Source of the DNA: a virus
Taxonomy: Duplodnaviria; Caudoviricetes
Virus record (IMG/VR): IMGVR_UViG_3300031555_003442
Coordinates: 113,809-177,808 of that record
DNA length: 64,000 bases
Direction: 5' to 3' (one strand)
The notes under the pieces are model-generated. The model was not told where the DNA came from and ran no database searches. It worked only from the letters and a program-made list of their open reading frames with translations. A program made the translations under genes and the position numbers. Shown piece after piece: positions 16,743-26,420 of the stretch (its first letter is position 1; each line of letters begins with the position of its first letter).

Positions 16743-19682
16743 ATGAGTGAGACGCAAGAACTTCCAAAGAAGAAGATGTGGTCGACCATATACCATGATA
16801 CGGTCAACGACAAGATGTATATGTGGTATGTGGACGGCACGACCGATGTCCTCCCCGTCAAGCACCGTTCCTACACGAACCGTCTGGGTGAATTCGGTGC
16901 CGTAGAATGCGGCATGAAGGACATTTTCGGAAACGAGGTTTACGAATTCTACCTTTCCCACAACGAAGAAAAGGAAATCAAGCGCCAGTACCAGGGCACG
17001 CTTAACCATTTCAACGAGATTGATATCGACCCACGATGCCGATTCCTGCAGCAGCTCTATGAAGGCTATGATATCGAACACCCGAACATCAAGGATATCA
17101 ACCTCTGCTTCATGGATATCGAAGTGTCGACCGAGGGTAGGTTTCCTGTCCCTTGGTTGGCCGAATATCCGATTAACCTCATCGTCCTTAACTTCCCCGA
17201 GTATTCCGTGCAGTTTGGAACGCTCGACGTGGATGAGGCTACCCTTGAAAAGTACAAGGAACTGAACTGCCGGTATATCAAGTGTTCCACCGAACAGGAA
17301 CTGCTCACTGCGACTTTCAACTACATCAGGGAACACGGGGTTGACATCCTCTCTGGATGGAACTTCTCTTACGATACCGAGTATACATACCGTAGGGCCA
17401 AGAAGTTCGGAATCCCCCTCCCGCTCATGTCGAGAATGCCGAAGGGATGCGAAAGGGCTTACTTCGACGAGAGAAAGCGTGAACTCCATGTGGCCGGCAC
17501 GGAAGTTATGGACTTCCTCGCCCTCTACAAGAAGTACACCTTCTCGGAAGAACCCAGCTACAAGCTCGATGCAATCGGTGAAAAGGAAGTGGGCGAGAAC
17601 AAGGTTCCGCTTCCAGACGGATACCTGTCGTGGAAAACCTACCCGTCGTTGTTTGCGTACTATAACGTGATAGACGGTGTCCTGTGTAGAAAAATCCAGA
17701 ACAAGACAAAGATGTTCGACCTTGCGCTCATGTCTTCTGCCGAGGCCCGAGTGCCGATTACATCGGTGTTCGAATCCAAGAAGATGATGGTGGGCTTCGT
17801 CCTGAACCACCTGCACAAACAGAACATGGTGTTCCCCGTTTACAGGCCGACTGCGAAGGAGGAATACCCTGGCGCCTTCGTGTATTCAGTCCCAGGTTTC
17901 TACAAGATTGAAGTGTCGTACGACTACCGAAGCCTGTACCCGTCAATCATGATGACGTTCAACATCAGCCCCGAAACCAAGGTCATCAAGCCTATCGACT
18001 ACGTGCTGACGGAAGAGGAGAAGAAAGTCCTCATCAGGTCGCCTTGGACGCACAACGGGCAATATCAGGTGTTCTACCGAAAGGATGTCGAGGGTATCGT
18101 CCCGCAGGTTACTAGAAAGCTGTTCAACGGTCGTGCCGAACTGAAGATTAAGAAGAAGCAGGCTGAAAAGGACGGTAACGAAGAACTGATGAACATCTAC
18201 GACATGATGCAGAAGGTGTACAAGGTTCTCGGTAACTCACTGTACGGCTTGCTCGGTACTCCGTTCTTTGCGTTCTACGATATCGACAATGCTGCTTCAA
18301 TCACTGGCTACGGTCAGAGGCTCATCAAGTACACCTGCAAGCACCTTGCAGACTACATCAACAACGACCTTGCTCTCGACCAGAGGTTCATCGACACGTT
18401 CGGATACTCCCCGAAAATCAACAAGGATTACTGCGGCGAGATATTCTGGAATGAGGCGAATGTTGACTTCGACGATGTGGAAAAGGCTACCGAATGGGGT
18501 TACGACATCACGAGCGACATCCTGCAAAGAAGAATGTCCCACGGTGATACCGACTCGTTCTACGCCAAGTTCGACGACATCTACGAGGAGTTCAGCAAGA
18601 ACCAGGGCAAGAAGGTCCAGGTCGTCGTATATGACGGACACCAGATTATACAGAAGAACGAATTCGATGCGATGGACGAGATGGCATACAAGAAGAACTT
18701 CGCCCTCATGGCCCATACCTACTGCCCCGATGTCTACGACAAGCCATCGAACAGGGAGCCTCAGGAAATCAAGGGCAGCAAGTTCAAGTTCTCCAAGTTG
18801 CAGATTATGTACAAGGACGGCATGATTTCGAACAAGCGATACCGTGTCATCGTGAACCGTTACCGCCTCACCGACTTCTGCCGCATGCTCGACGCATCAA
18901 TCCTCGAAGAAAAGCTCGACGAGTACATGCTTGGCTACGCTTCCTCATGGGGATTCCGTACGAACGAGCTGTTCCTGAAACGTGAAAAGTGCATTTACAA
19001 GACCATCGTGACGGCCAAGAAGAAATACATCTGCGTGGCCGAATCGAACGAAGACATCGTCTACCTTGACAAGAAGAAGGAAGACCTGCCTATCCACCCG
19101 CACTACGCAATCACGGGTCTCGAAATCGTGCGTTCATCAACGACCATGTTCTCACGAGAACGTATGATGAACACCGTGGAACTCATGATGGATACCATGG
19201 ACAGGGAAACCCTACGCAAGCGTGTTGTCGAAATCAAGGACGAGTACACGCAGAAGATTATCGACAAGTCGTACCTCGATATCTCCTGCCCGTCTGGTGT
19301 CAAGGAAGAACCTCCCGAGTACACCGAGATGATTAACTTCCCGAAGGAAGAGTTGAAGAAAATCGACTGGCGCCGCAAGGCAGCTTCCGTATGGAACTAC
19401 CTCATCCTCAATGACAGTGAACTCATGAAGTTCCCTTACGAACCGATTCACGCTGGCGACAAGATGAAGTACATCAAGGTGTGCGACAACCCGTTCGGTA
19501 TAACCTCTATCGGTTACACTGGCGATGTAGTCCCGCCTCGTCTTCTCCAACTGTTCCAGCCCGATTGGGAAGGCCACTGGAAGGTGACCGTCTCCAACAT
19601 CCTTGGGCGCCTATTCAAGGCTGTCGGATGGGGCGAGAACATCGAGGAAGACCAGACCGAAATGATGTGCGACCTGTTCTAA
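16743..19682 (+). CDS. Family B DNA polymerase (T4 gp43-like) with 3'-5' exonuclease
   Basis: DIE, GWN..YD, YN..D; DYRSLYPS, KVLGNSLYG, HGDTDS, KKKY, GLEIVRSST. Confidence 0.95.
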   Translation: MSETQELPKKKMWSTIYHDTVNDKMYMWYVDGTTDVLPVKHRSYTNRLGEFGAVECGMKDIFGNEVYEFYLSHNEEKEIKRQYQGTLNHFNEIDIDPRCRFLQQLYEGYDIEHPNIKDINLCFMDIEVSTEGRFPVPWLAEYPINLIVLNFPEYSVQFGTLDVDEATLEKYKELNCRYIKCSTEQELLTATFNYIREHGVDILSGWNFSYDTEYTYRRAKKFGIPLPLMSRMPKGCERAYFDERKRELHVAGTEVMDFLALYKKYTFSEEPSYKLDAIGEKEVGENKVPLPDGYLSWKTYPSLFAYYNVIDGVLCRKIQNKTKMFDLALMSSAEARVPITSVFESKKMMVGFVLNHLHKQNMVFPVYRPTAKEEYPGAFVYSVPGFYKIEVSYDYRSLYPSIMMTFNISPETKVIKPIDYVLTEEEKKVLIRSPWTHNGQYQVFYRKDVEGIVPQVTRKLFNGRAELKIKKKQAEKDGNEELMNIYDMMQKVYKVLGNSLYGLLGTPFFAFYDIDNAASITGYGQRLIKYTCKHLADYINNDLALDQRFIDTFGYSPKINKDYCGEIFWNEANVDFDDVEKATEWGYDITSDILQRRMSHGDTDSFYAKFDDIYEEFSKNQGKKVQVVVYDGHQIIQKNEFDAMDEMAYKKNFALMAHTYCPDVYDKPSNREPQEIKGSKFKFSKLQIMYKDGMISNKRYRVIVNRYRLTDFCRMLDASILEEKLDEYMLGYASSWGFRTNELFLKREKCIYKTIVTAKKKYICVAESNEDIVYLDKKKEDLPIHPHYAITGLEIVRSSTTMFSRERMMNTVELMMDTMDRETLRKRVVEIKDEYTQKIIDKSYLDISCPSGVKEEPPEYTEMINFPKEELKKIDWRRKAASVWNYLILNDSELMKFPYEPIHAGDKMKYIKVCDNPFGITSIGYTGDVVPPRLLQLFQPDWEGHWKVTVSNILGRLFKAVGWGENIEEDQTEMMCDLF

Positions 19683-19690
19683 ACAAGAGA

Positions 19691-19723
19691 AAGCGGCCCG
19701 ATGTTCGGACCGCTTCCTTTTTT
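19691..19723 (+). terminator. Intrinsic terminator (probably bidirectional)
   Basis: AAGCGG.CCGA-TGT-TCGG.CCGCTT then T-run. Confidence 0.7.
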
Positions 19724-19741
19724 GCATTGAGTAAAATTTGT

Positions 19742-21307
19742 TTATGCGCCCTTGAAGGCTTTCTGTGCCTCGGCAGTCTTTTTCCGCACGTCACCGATAA
19801 CGGTGCATATAGACTGAACGTCGGACAACAGCTTGGTTCCATCACCCTTCTTGACATCTTCGAGCATGGCGTCGGCAGTTGCGATAAGGGTTTCGAGCTT
19901 ATTTGTAAAAGCGTTCAAATCCTCGGCTGTCATGTCGTTGGAGTGTGCCTTCTTGTACATCTCGATGTGATGCTTAATCGTTTCCTTGTAGTTCTCGGCA
20001 AGGCGGAGCCAGTTCTTCTTGTAATTCTCATCGTCGAGCGCCCTCAGTCCAGAAGTGAACTGGTTCATCTTCTGTGCTTCGGTAATGCCCATCAACTCGA
20101 AGAATAGTTTCAGGGATTTCTTTATAGCGTTACGGCTTTCGGTTACAATCGTATTGATTGCGACCTGTGCCTCATCCTGCGTCTTTTTACCGCTGAGGAA
20201 CTCTTTCGTGATTTCCTCGACCTTCTTCTTGTCGGCTTCGTCAAGAGTCTTCACGTATCTCAGGTCGAGATAATCCTCGATGTTTTCGCTGAGTCTGACA
20301 TTATTCGATTCGTTCTCTTCTGGATTCATCCAACCCATCGTACTGTTAGGGTCGTTTGAGTTGAGCTTAATCCTTCCAAGATGGTACTTGTTGACGGCGA
20401 TGTTCATCAAGTAAGCGGAGAGTGCAGCGGGCGTTTTCTGTCCGTTAAACTTGCTATTGCAGAAAGCAACGAAATTCTTGTATTCGGCCATCTGATTTAC
20501 AAACCGCATTTTATCATCATCGCTAAGTATGTCAGCAGAATACTTCTTTGGTGCCTTCTCAAACAGCATTATCCTACGATGAATGTTTTCGATTTCCTCA
20601 TCGAAATCTTTGAGTTCATCATAGAATTCCTCTCTGTCGTTATTTGCGTCATTTCCTTCGAAGTAATTCTTCAGTGCATCCAACATGTTATCAACAATGT
20701 CCTTCATGTCCTTTTTGACTACGTCGAAACACCACTCGGTACGAGTAATGTTAAACCATGCCTGGCCTTTCTTGAGGAATGAGCTAACAGACGGAGGGAG
20801 GGTCTCGTTGCATTCATCGTAAAACATGAGGAAGTTGCTGTACATGTACAGTACACGTAGAGCGTTCTTCTTGATTGGCCATTGTCCCTCGTTTCCCGAA
20901 AGTGTCAAGTATTGTTTGTTCTTCTGGACTTTGGCTGCTATATCGCTTGGAAGATTCTTCAGATTGTCTAGGAGACCGTTCCAACCCTTTTCGTCATCAG
21001 AAACGCTTGGAGTATAGACGTCGTTAGCCGACCCGAAATCATACTGGTCGTCGTTCGCTTCCTTTGCCTTGAACTCGGGGTCTGCCGATGTATTTGCATT
21101 TGCATTTGTGGCTTTTGCCGTGTTCTCCTCGGTGGACACACCGCCGACGGTAACTTCCTCGTAGTTGTAGTTTGCGTCTATTGCATTCCAGTCGCAATTT
21201 TCCTTCTGCATGATTTCGTTGACCTTGGCACGGAGTTCGTCCTTCGTGCGGAGTACGTCATCTACTCTCTTGCCTTCCTTGTTCAACAGATAGTATTTCG
21301 TTTCCAT
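19742..21307 (-). CDS. Late helical/coiled-coil protein
   Basis: 521-aa ORF, GGAG RBS, third gene of late operon. Confidence 0.75.
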   Translation of the reverse strand: METKYYLLNKEGKRVDDVLRTKDELRAKVNEIMQKENCDWNAIDANYNYEEVTVGGVSTEENTAKATNANANTSADPEFKAKEANDDQYDFGSANDVYTPSVSDDEKGWNGLLDNLKNLPSDIAAKVQKNKQYLTLSGNEGQWPIKKNALRVLYMYSNFLMFYDECNETLPPSVSSFLKKGQAWFNITRTEWCFDVVKKDMKDIVDNMLDALKNYFEGNDANNDREEFYDELKDFDEEIENIHRRIMLFEKAPKKYSADILSDDDKMRFVNQMAEYKNFVAFCNSKFNGQKTPAALSAYLMNIAVNKYHLGRIKLNSNDPNSTMGWMNPEENESNNVRLSENIEDYLDLRYVKTLDEADKKKVEEITKEFLSGKKTQDEAQVAINTIVTESRNAIKKSLKLFFELMGITEAQKMNQFTSGLRALDDENYKKNWLRLAENYKETIKHHIEMYKKAHSNDMTAEDLNAFTNKLETLIATADAMLEDVKKGDGTKLLSDVQSICTVIGDVRKKTAEAQKAFKGA

Positions 21308-21322
21308 GGTAATCTCCTTGAT

Positions 21323-22531
21323 TTATTTGAGCAACGCACTCAGGGTGTGTTCCTTGGGTTGTTCATTGGACTGTTGAGTGGTGTTCTTGGATGCTGGCTG
21401 TTCGGCAAGTTCCTTTGCAACGCTTTCGTCAACGCATTCGCTCGCCTTGATTTCGTTACCGTACCTCAACGTACCAGGCTTCATCTTGTCGCCCTTGTCA
21501 CCAGAGCATGTTCCGACCCACCAGTTGTACTGGGTTCCCACGATAGGGAAGATGTGCTTTCTGAAGTAAGTCCTTGCGGCGGCCTTGGACTTGAAGTATC
21601 CGATACGGACACGCCATACGTCCTCACGGGTCGTGTTCTGGGCAAGACCGTCATACTGGTACGTGTACACGCCTTGGATTCCCTTCAATGAGAGGGCCCT
21701 TGCCTTTTCCCTTGCGACCGCACCGTCTTCCTTGCTCGGCGAGAACAGGTTGATTACGAAGTTGTGAGTTGTGCTGCACTTCCCTTTATATCTCGGGTCA
21801 TCTGCTGGATGGAAGTCGTCGTCCTTCCACTTATATGCAGCGGCGGGCGCCTTCTTCTTTGTTGGAACTGGCTCGCCTTTTGTCTTAGTACCGACATCAG
21901 ATTCTTTATGCGGTTCCTCTTTCTGAACAGGGGCTGGACATACGGGCGGGCATTCAGCCTTTGGTTGTTCTGGCTTCGGTGCTCCCTGCCTTACTGCCTG
22001 AGGAGGTACCATCTGAGGTGGAGGAGGCGGAGGGGGAGGCGGAGCTTGACGAACGGGAGCCGAATACTGTTTTTCCATTTCCCACGGGTCAACATTGTGC
22101 ATGTTTACAACAGTGCGCTGGTCGTATTCCCTCGGGTCAATTCTTGGCCTTGGGGAATACGCTGCGATGTTCTCGTAGTGCTTGAGTGCGGCAGAGCCTT
22201 GTGGATTCTGCTTATGCCAGTTGATTACGTTTGCACCTGTCGGTGGTTGCGTCGGTTCGTCGTTTGCTACGGCGTCATTTCCGTTTACGACCAGCTTTCC
22301 GCCCTTTTCATTGTAGCTGGTTGAAAAGCGGGTTCCATTCGGGAATTGCTCAAATTGCACATATCCACCTTCAAACAGTGCGTTGTGTGCGGTAACGACC
22401 TCCTCAACAAGCTCACGAGGAGCGACTTCACTTATGGCTTCCATGAACGCCTTCATGCGCTTCTTGGCCATCCTCTTTGGACTGATTGTACCTTCCATAA
22501 GAGCCTTATCGTATTGTTCCATCTTGTTCAT
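21323..22531 (-). CDS. Late protein with LxE module, Pro-rich linker and SPOR-like domain
   Basis: ALMEG/AFMEA/ALFEG; poly-Pro; VWRVRIGYFKSKAAA. Confidence 0.7.
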   Translation of the reverse strand: MNKMEQYDKALMEGTISPKRMAKKRMKAFMEAISEVAPRELVEEVVTAHNALFEGGYVQFEQFPNGTRFSTSYNEKGGKLVVNGNDAVANDEPTQPPTGANVINWHKQNPQGSAALKHYENIAAYSPRPRIDPREYDQRTVVNMHNVDPWEMEKQYSAPVRQAPPPPPPPPPQMVPPQAVRQGAPKPEQPKAECPPVCPAPVQKEEPHKESDVGTKTKGEPVPTKKKAPAAAYKWKDDDFHPADDPRYKGKCSTTHNFVINLFSPSKEDGAVAREKARALSLKGIQGVYTYQYDGLAQNTTREDVWRVRIGYFKSKAAARTYFRKHIFPIVGTQYNWWVGTCSGDKGDKMKPGTLRYGNEIKASECVDESVAKELAEQPASKNTTQQSNEQPKEHTLSALLK

Positions 22532-22549
22532 AGCATTCTCCTTAAACAG

Positions 22550-24136
22550 TTATGCTGCATCGCTTGCATCAAACATTTTCTTCAACATGTCCGCATATCC
22601 AGGGATGTCCAACGCCTCGTTGATAGCGGCTTGGTCGATTGGGCTTGCATTGTTGTATGTATCGAGCAATTCAGTAGCGGCTTCCTCGTCACCACCGTTC
22701 AGATACATAAAGTAAGCGGCGAGGGCGGCACCAAGCAGTGTACCGACTGTCTTACCCGTAGTGCTGTCGAATCCGAGGAACCTTGCACCGATATTACCTG
22801 CTGCACCGCCACCGAGAACGTACAGAACCTTCTTTACGTTATCAATCGTTGCTCCGTCACCGTTGCCCAGTTTCACATCGAGTTCTTCGGGCTTGCTGAA
22901 GAAGTCCCAAACCTTGTATCCGCCATAGCCGAGAGCGCCGACGGCAGCGAGCTTCAATCCTGCCCATGCACCGATTCTCAGCTTGTTTATCGTACCGAGG
23001 ATAGGGAACTTGTCAAGCAAGCTGCCAAGACCGCCGATACGTCCGAAATTTCCGTAGAAAGGACGTCCGAACTGGTCAATGAACATACCACCGTTCCTGC
23101 CCATCTGCTTGAACATCTTGTCCCTCTGCAACCTCTGAGCGAACGGGCTTTCCGTACCCCTGAGACCGTTATTGAAGCCAAACCCACCAAAGCCGTTATT
23201 GAAGCCAGCATTCGCTTGTTGTGCATACTTGGCTTCTTGATTGGCCATACGGATACGGGAATTGATGTCGTCTATTTGGTTCGAATACTTCGCATTAGCC
23301 TCGTCAATAGCAGCCTTGAATTTATTTGCTGCGTTCCTTTTTTGTGCTTGCACAGAAGACTCTTTCAGTGAATTACTGGCCGCTCTTCTATCTATACGGG
23401 CTATTTCGGCATCGTATTCCATCTGGGCCTTATTGTACTCGTTCTGCCACTTGTTCTTCAGGTTGTCCCTCATGTTTTCCATTTCCTTGACCTGGAAATT
23501 TCTTGAACCGTTCTTTAAGCCAAGGTTCGTCATTTCGTCGAACTCGGTCCCGCCCTTGGTTGAAGCCTTGGCTCTAAGGTCTTCCATGTTCTGACGATTC
23601 TTGGTTCTCTGGTTGTACAACTTGTCTAGCTTATTGGCTGTCTTGTGGCTGACCAGATTCGGGTTGATGTTCATGGTCTTGTCCAACTGTGCGGACAGTG
23701 CGGCATCCTTAGCTGCCAAGTTGCCGTACTTATTTACCCTATTGGCACTACGGCCCGCTTTCGAGAAGAGGTTCTTAAACCATTGCCATGCGTTTCCGAC
23801 ACCTTCTGCAAGGATTTGCACCTGCTGGTCGTCGAGGCTTTCAAGGAATGACTCCTTCTCGGTGTCGCTCATGCTGTCGACCAATGCTTTCAAATCCTGT
23901 TGGTCTTCAAGGCTCATCATTGACGGTGCAGTTGCGACATCCTGGATTACCTGCTCGTTGGCTGCGGTCTCTACCGAATCATCGACGGCATTCTTTACGG
24001 CATCAGCCACATTTTCCGCCATCTGTTCGGGGGACTGGTTCTCGAAAAGAGCTGTATGGAGCTTCATGACCCCTTCCAGCTGGTTAGCCGAGAGAATCTT
24101 ACCCGCCGCCTGCTCAAAAAGTGATTTGTTGTTCAT
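22550..24136 (-). CDS. Late putative virion-internal protein, coiled coil plus Gly-rich hydrophobic helices
   Basis: SLFEQ..ALFEN N-terminus; LAAVGALGYGGY and GTLLGAALAAYF. Confidence 0.7.
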   Translation of the reverse strand: MNNKSLFEQAAGKILSANQLEGVMKLHTALFENQSPEQMAENVADAVKNAVDDSVETAANEQVIQDVATAPSMMSLEDQQDLKALVDSMSDTEKESFLESLDDQQVQILAEGVGNAWQWFKNLFSKAGRSANRVNKYGNLAAKDAALSAQLDKTMNINPNLVSHKTANKLDKLYNQRTKNRQNMEDLRAKASTKGGTEFDEMTNLGLKNGSRNFQVKEMENMRDNLKNKWQNEYNKAQMEYDAEIARIDRRAASNSLKESSVQAQKRNAANKFKAAIDEANAKYSNQIDDINSRIRMANQEAKYAQQANAGFNNGFGGFGFNNGLRGTESPFAQRLQRDKMFKQMGRNGGMFIDQFGRPFYGNFGRIGGLGSLLDKFPILGTINKLRIGAWAGLKLAAVGALGYGGYKVWDFFSKPEELDVKLGNGDGATIDNVKKVLYVLGGGAAGNIGARFLGFDSTTGKTVGTLLGAALAAYFMYLNGGDEEAATELLDTYNNASPIDQAAINEALDIPGYADMLKKMFDASDAA

Positions 24137-24163
24137 AGTTGTACTCAATGCTTTTCTGTAAAG

Positions 24164-24171
24164 AGTTTATA
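24164..24171 (-). promoter_or_regulatory. Late-type promoter TATAAACT
   Basis: 27 nt upstream of ATG 24136. Confidence 0.65.
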
Positions 24172-24189
24172 ACTTTTTCTGGGCCACCC

Positions 24190-24218
24190 TTGACATTTGG
24201 AGACATTTTTAGTATTTT
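24190..24218 (+). promoter_or_regulatory. Sigma70-like early promoter
   Basis: TTGACA-N17-TATTTT. Confidence 0.65.
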
Positions 24219-24237
24219 TCCACAAAAAGGGAAACTC

Positions 24238-25035
24238 ATGGAAGAAAAGGTTCCTAACTTATATAAGTTACACGATATCCTATGGAGTTCGTTCAGGGAT
24301 ATCTATTTCGAGGAGGAAGGTCACCGTTACACCGATTCTGAGGGTAACGAGTATAAGTCCGTCTCGACAGTAATCGAAGAGCATCATGACGAGTTCAAGG
24401 ACAAGGAAGTCGCTCCGCACACGGCTGCAAAGATGACCAAGGAACTTGGACGGGTCGTGACCCCGAAAGAAGTTCTCGCCATGTGGAAGGACAAGAACGA
24501 TTACGGAAAGGATATCGGGCACGAGGTACACAGCGTAATGGAAAACCTGTGGGCCAGAAAGTCCTATTACCACAAGTTCAAGAAAAAGTACAAGTATGAC
24601 GACATACAGGCCGACTTCGACAGGCGTATACCGAAATGCAAGGCCCTGTTTGCAAAGCTGTCCGAAAGGTATGTTCCAATCAGGACTGAACTTCCCGTCT
24701 ACGACAAGAAGCACCTGATATGCGGCACGATGGACATCCTCCTTTACGACAAGACGACGGACAAGTTGGTAATCGGGGACTGGAAAACCAATTCTCACCT
24801 GGATTTCGAACCGAAGCCGTACACGACCATGATGTATCCGCCGTTCGACAACTTGTACAATCTCAATTACCATCACTACTGCATCCAGCTAAGCATGTAC
24901 AAGGCGATACTGGAGTTGAACACCCCGCTTAAAGTCGGTGCGATGTGGATATGCCACATTCCAGCCGAAGGCGATGCGAAACCCTACGGGATAACCGACG
25001 TTTCCGACGTAATCAAGAGGACGATACTGGCATGA
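24238..25035 (+). CDS. PD-(D/E)xK exonuclease (RecB/Cas4-like superfamily)
   Basis: SVSTVI, GHEVH, ELPV, GTMD, IGDWKT, QLSMY. Confidence 0.85.
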   Translation: MEEKVPNLYKLHDILWSSFRDIYFEEEGHRYTDSEGNEYKSVSTVIEEHHDEFKDKEVAPHTAAKMTKELGRVVTPKEVLAMWKDKNDYGKDIGHEVHSVMENLWARKSYYHKFKKKYKYDDIQADFDRRIPKCKALFAKLSERYVPIRTELPVYDKKHLICGTMDILLYDKTTDKLVIGDWKTNSHLDFEPKPYTTMMYPPFDNLYNLNYHHYCIQLSMYKAILELNTPLKVGAMWICHIPAEGDAKPYGITDVSDVIKRTILA

Positions 25036-25517
25036 CCTTCAATGAGATAGACAGGATGCTTCTGGGTTGCGGGCTTTCTAAAAACGTGGTGAATACGTGG
25101 CAATCCGCTGTTTCCAGTGCATACTATTTCTCGTCCGCATGCAAGTACGACGACGCCTCGTTCCTGGCGAAAATGGCCGAAACATGCGTGGCAATGCTCG
25201 GGGAGACTACACTCCGTCTTTACCCTTTCTACGACCCGATAGAGATAAACGAGCTGTCCTTCAACGACGACAGCGCTTTCAATAGCAGCATCAGTCTCGA
25301 CAAGCTGGAAATGACCCCTCAGGGCAAGCTCGTGATGGATTTTTACGAGAAATATGCGGCCAACCCGATGCTAAATCGTATAAACAACAGGGTGACTGTC
25401 AATTCTGTGTCGCTCAACGATGTTACCCCAGGTTTCAAGACGTTCGTCGTGGACATGCTCACGATGCAGCGTAAAATCAGGCAAATCAAGGCGGACAGGA
25501 TATTATCGGACTTTTAA
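25032..25517 (+). CDS. Hypothetical protein
   Basis: ATGA overlap with nuclease. Confidence 0.65.
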   Translation: MTFNEIDRMLLGCGLSKNVVNTWQSAVSSAYYFSSACKYDDASFLAKMAETCVAMLGETTLRLYPFYDPIEINELSFNDDSAFNSSISLDKLEMTPQGKLVMDFYEKYAANPMLNRINNRVTVNSVSLNDVTPGFKTFVVDMLTMQRKIRQIKADRILSDF

Positions 25518-25596
25518 CGGCAATGCTGATTCCGCACAGCCAGCACGCCGAGAAGATGCTGAATAATGCGGTTCACCCTAATCAAAGGATGCTAAA

Positions 25597-25938
25597 ATGA
25601 AAAACGAAGCATACAAAAACAGGATTGCGGAGCGTTCCCACTCTACCGTGGGCTGCGACGTAAACAGCGACCTCGGCAAGATTAACCTCCGTGCCGCAAG
25701 ACACCTCGAACGTGTCATCAGCAAGTGCAAGACCCAGACGGAAATCCGTCACGAGATGAAGCGTCTCCAGGACAGCGCCACCTTCATGAAGAAGCGCCAC
25801 GACAAGGAGTACTACTCCCGCATCATCTCCGTCCTCCGTGAAGCGAAGGATGCCGTGGATGCCTTCCAGCGTGATGACATGAAGACGGTGTACCAGATAC
25901 ACTCCAACTTCATGAAACAGGCTGCTAAGCATACCTAG
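25597..25938 (+). CDS. Hypothetical basic protein
   Basis: AAGGA RBS. Confidence 0.7.
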   Translation: MKNEAYKNRIAERSHSTVGCDVNSDLGKINLRAARHLERVISKCKTQTEIRHEMKRLQDSATFMKKRHDKEYYSRIISVLREAKDAVDAFQRDDMKTVYQIHSNFMKQAAKHT

Positions 25939-25997
25939 TATTTTCAACCAAAGGGAATCTCGCCCGTTCATTACGGGTGGATTCCTGTTCCAATTTT

Positions 25998-26384
25998 ATG
26001 AGTAAAAACGAACCGATTAACAACACACGCACACCAGTTATCAAGGAAGAGCCATGGATGTTGCAGGAAGCCATGACGGTCGGCCTGAAATTCCTCTACT
26101 CTACAACAGAGGGTTGCGAACAGAACGAGGTAATCTATGTCTTTATCCACCGTTTCAATATCGTCAGGATACGGTTTACGGTAGACACTGCCCATGGCAT
26201 ATTCCGTTCTGGACATGTCGACCAGATTGGTCACTTGCATTACAAGGAAGGCGAATTTTCGTTCGACGCCCGTCCGAACTGCGGAATGGTATTCGCCGTA
26301 CACGACGAAAGGGAGGCCATAGACGCTTTATTCGCCGTGCTGAACAAGAAGTTGATAGAAGACGACCCGAATAATATATTTTAA
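25998..26384 (+). CDS. Hypothetical protein
   Basis: Operon packing. Confidence 0.65.
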   Translation: MSKNEPINNTRTPVIKEEPWMLQEAMTVGLKFLYSTTEGCEQNEVIYVFIHRFNIVRIRFTVDTAHGIFRSGHVDQIGHLHYKEGEFSFDARPNCGMVFAVHDEREAIDALFAVLNKKLIEDDPNNIF

Positions 26385-26420
26385 CTAAGCGAAAGCAAAC
26401 CTAATTCAGAGGTATTTTTT

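Noticed and set aside
15126-17816. Long antisense ORFs (15126-16415, 16557-17816; also 22346-23371, 55776-56768)
   Set aside because: Shadow frames of strongly biased real genes; no motifs or RBS
18300-18960. Intein in DNA polymerase
   Set aside because: Insertions lack intein terminal residues (C/S start, HN end) and LAGLIDADG motifs
24238-25035. Cas4 / CRISPR-Cas locus
   Set aside because: No four-Cys Fe-S motif, no cas1 or array; ordinary phage PD-(D/E)xK exonuclease
25523-25600. 25-aa ORF overlapping the next start, possible leader peptide
   Set aside because: No RBS or attenuator structure seen
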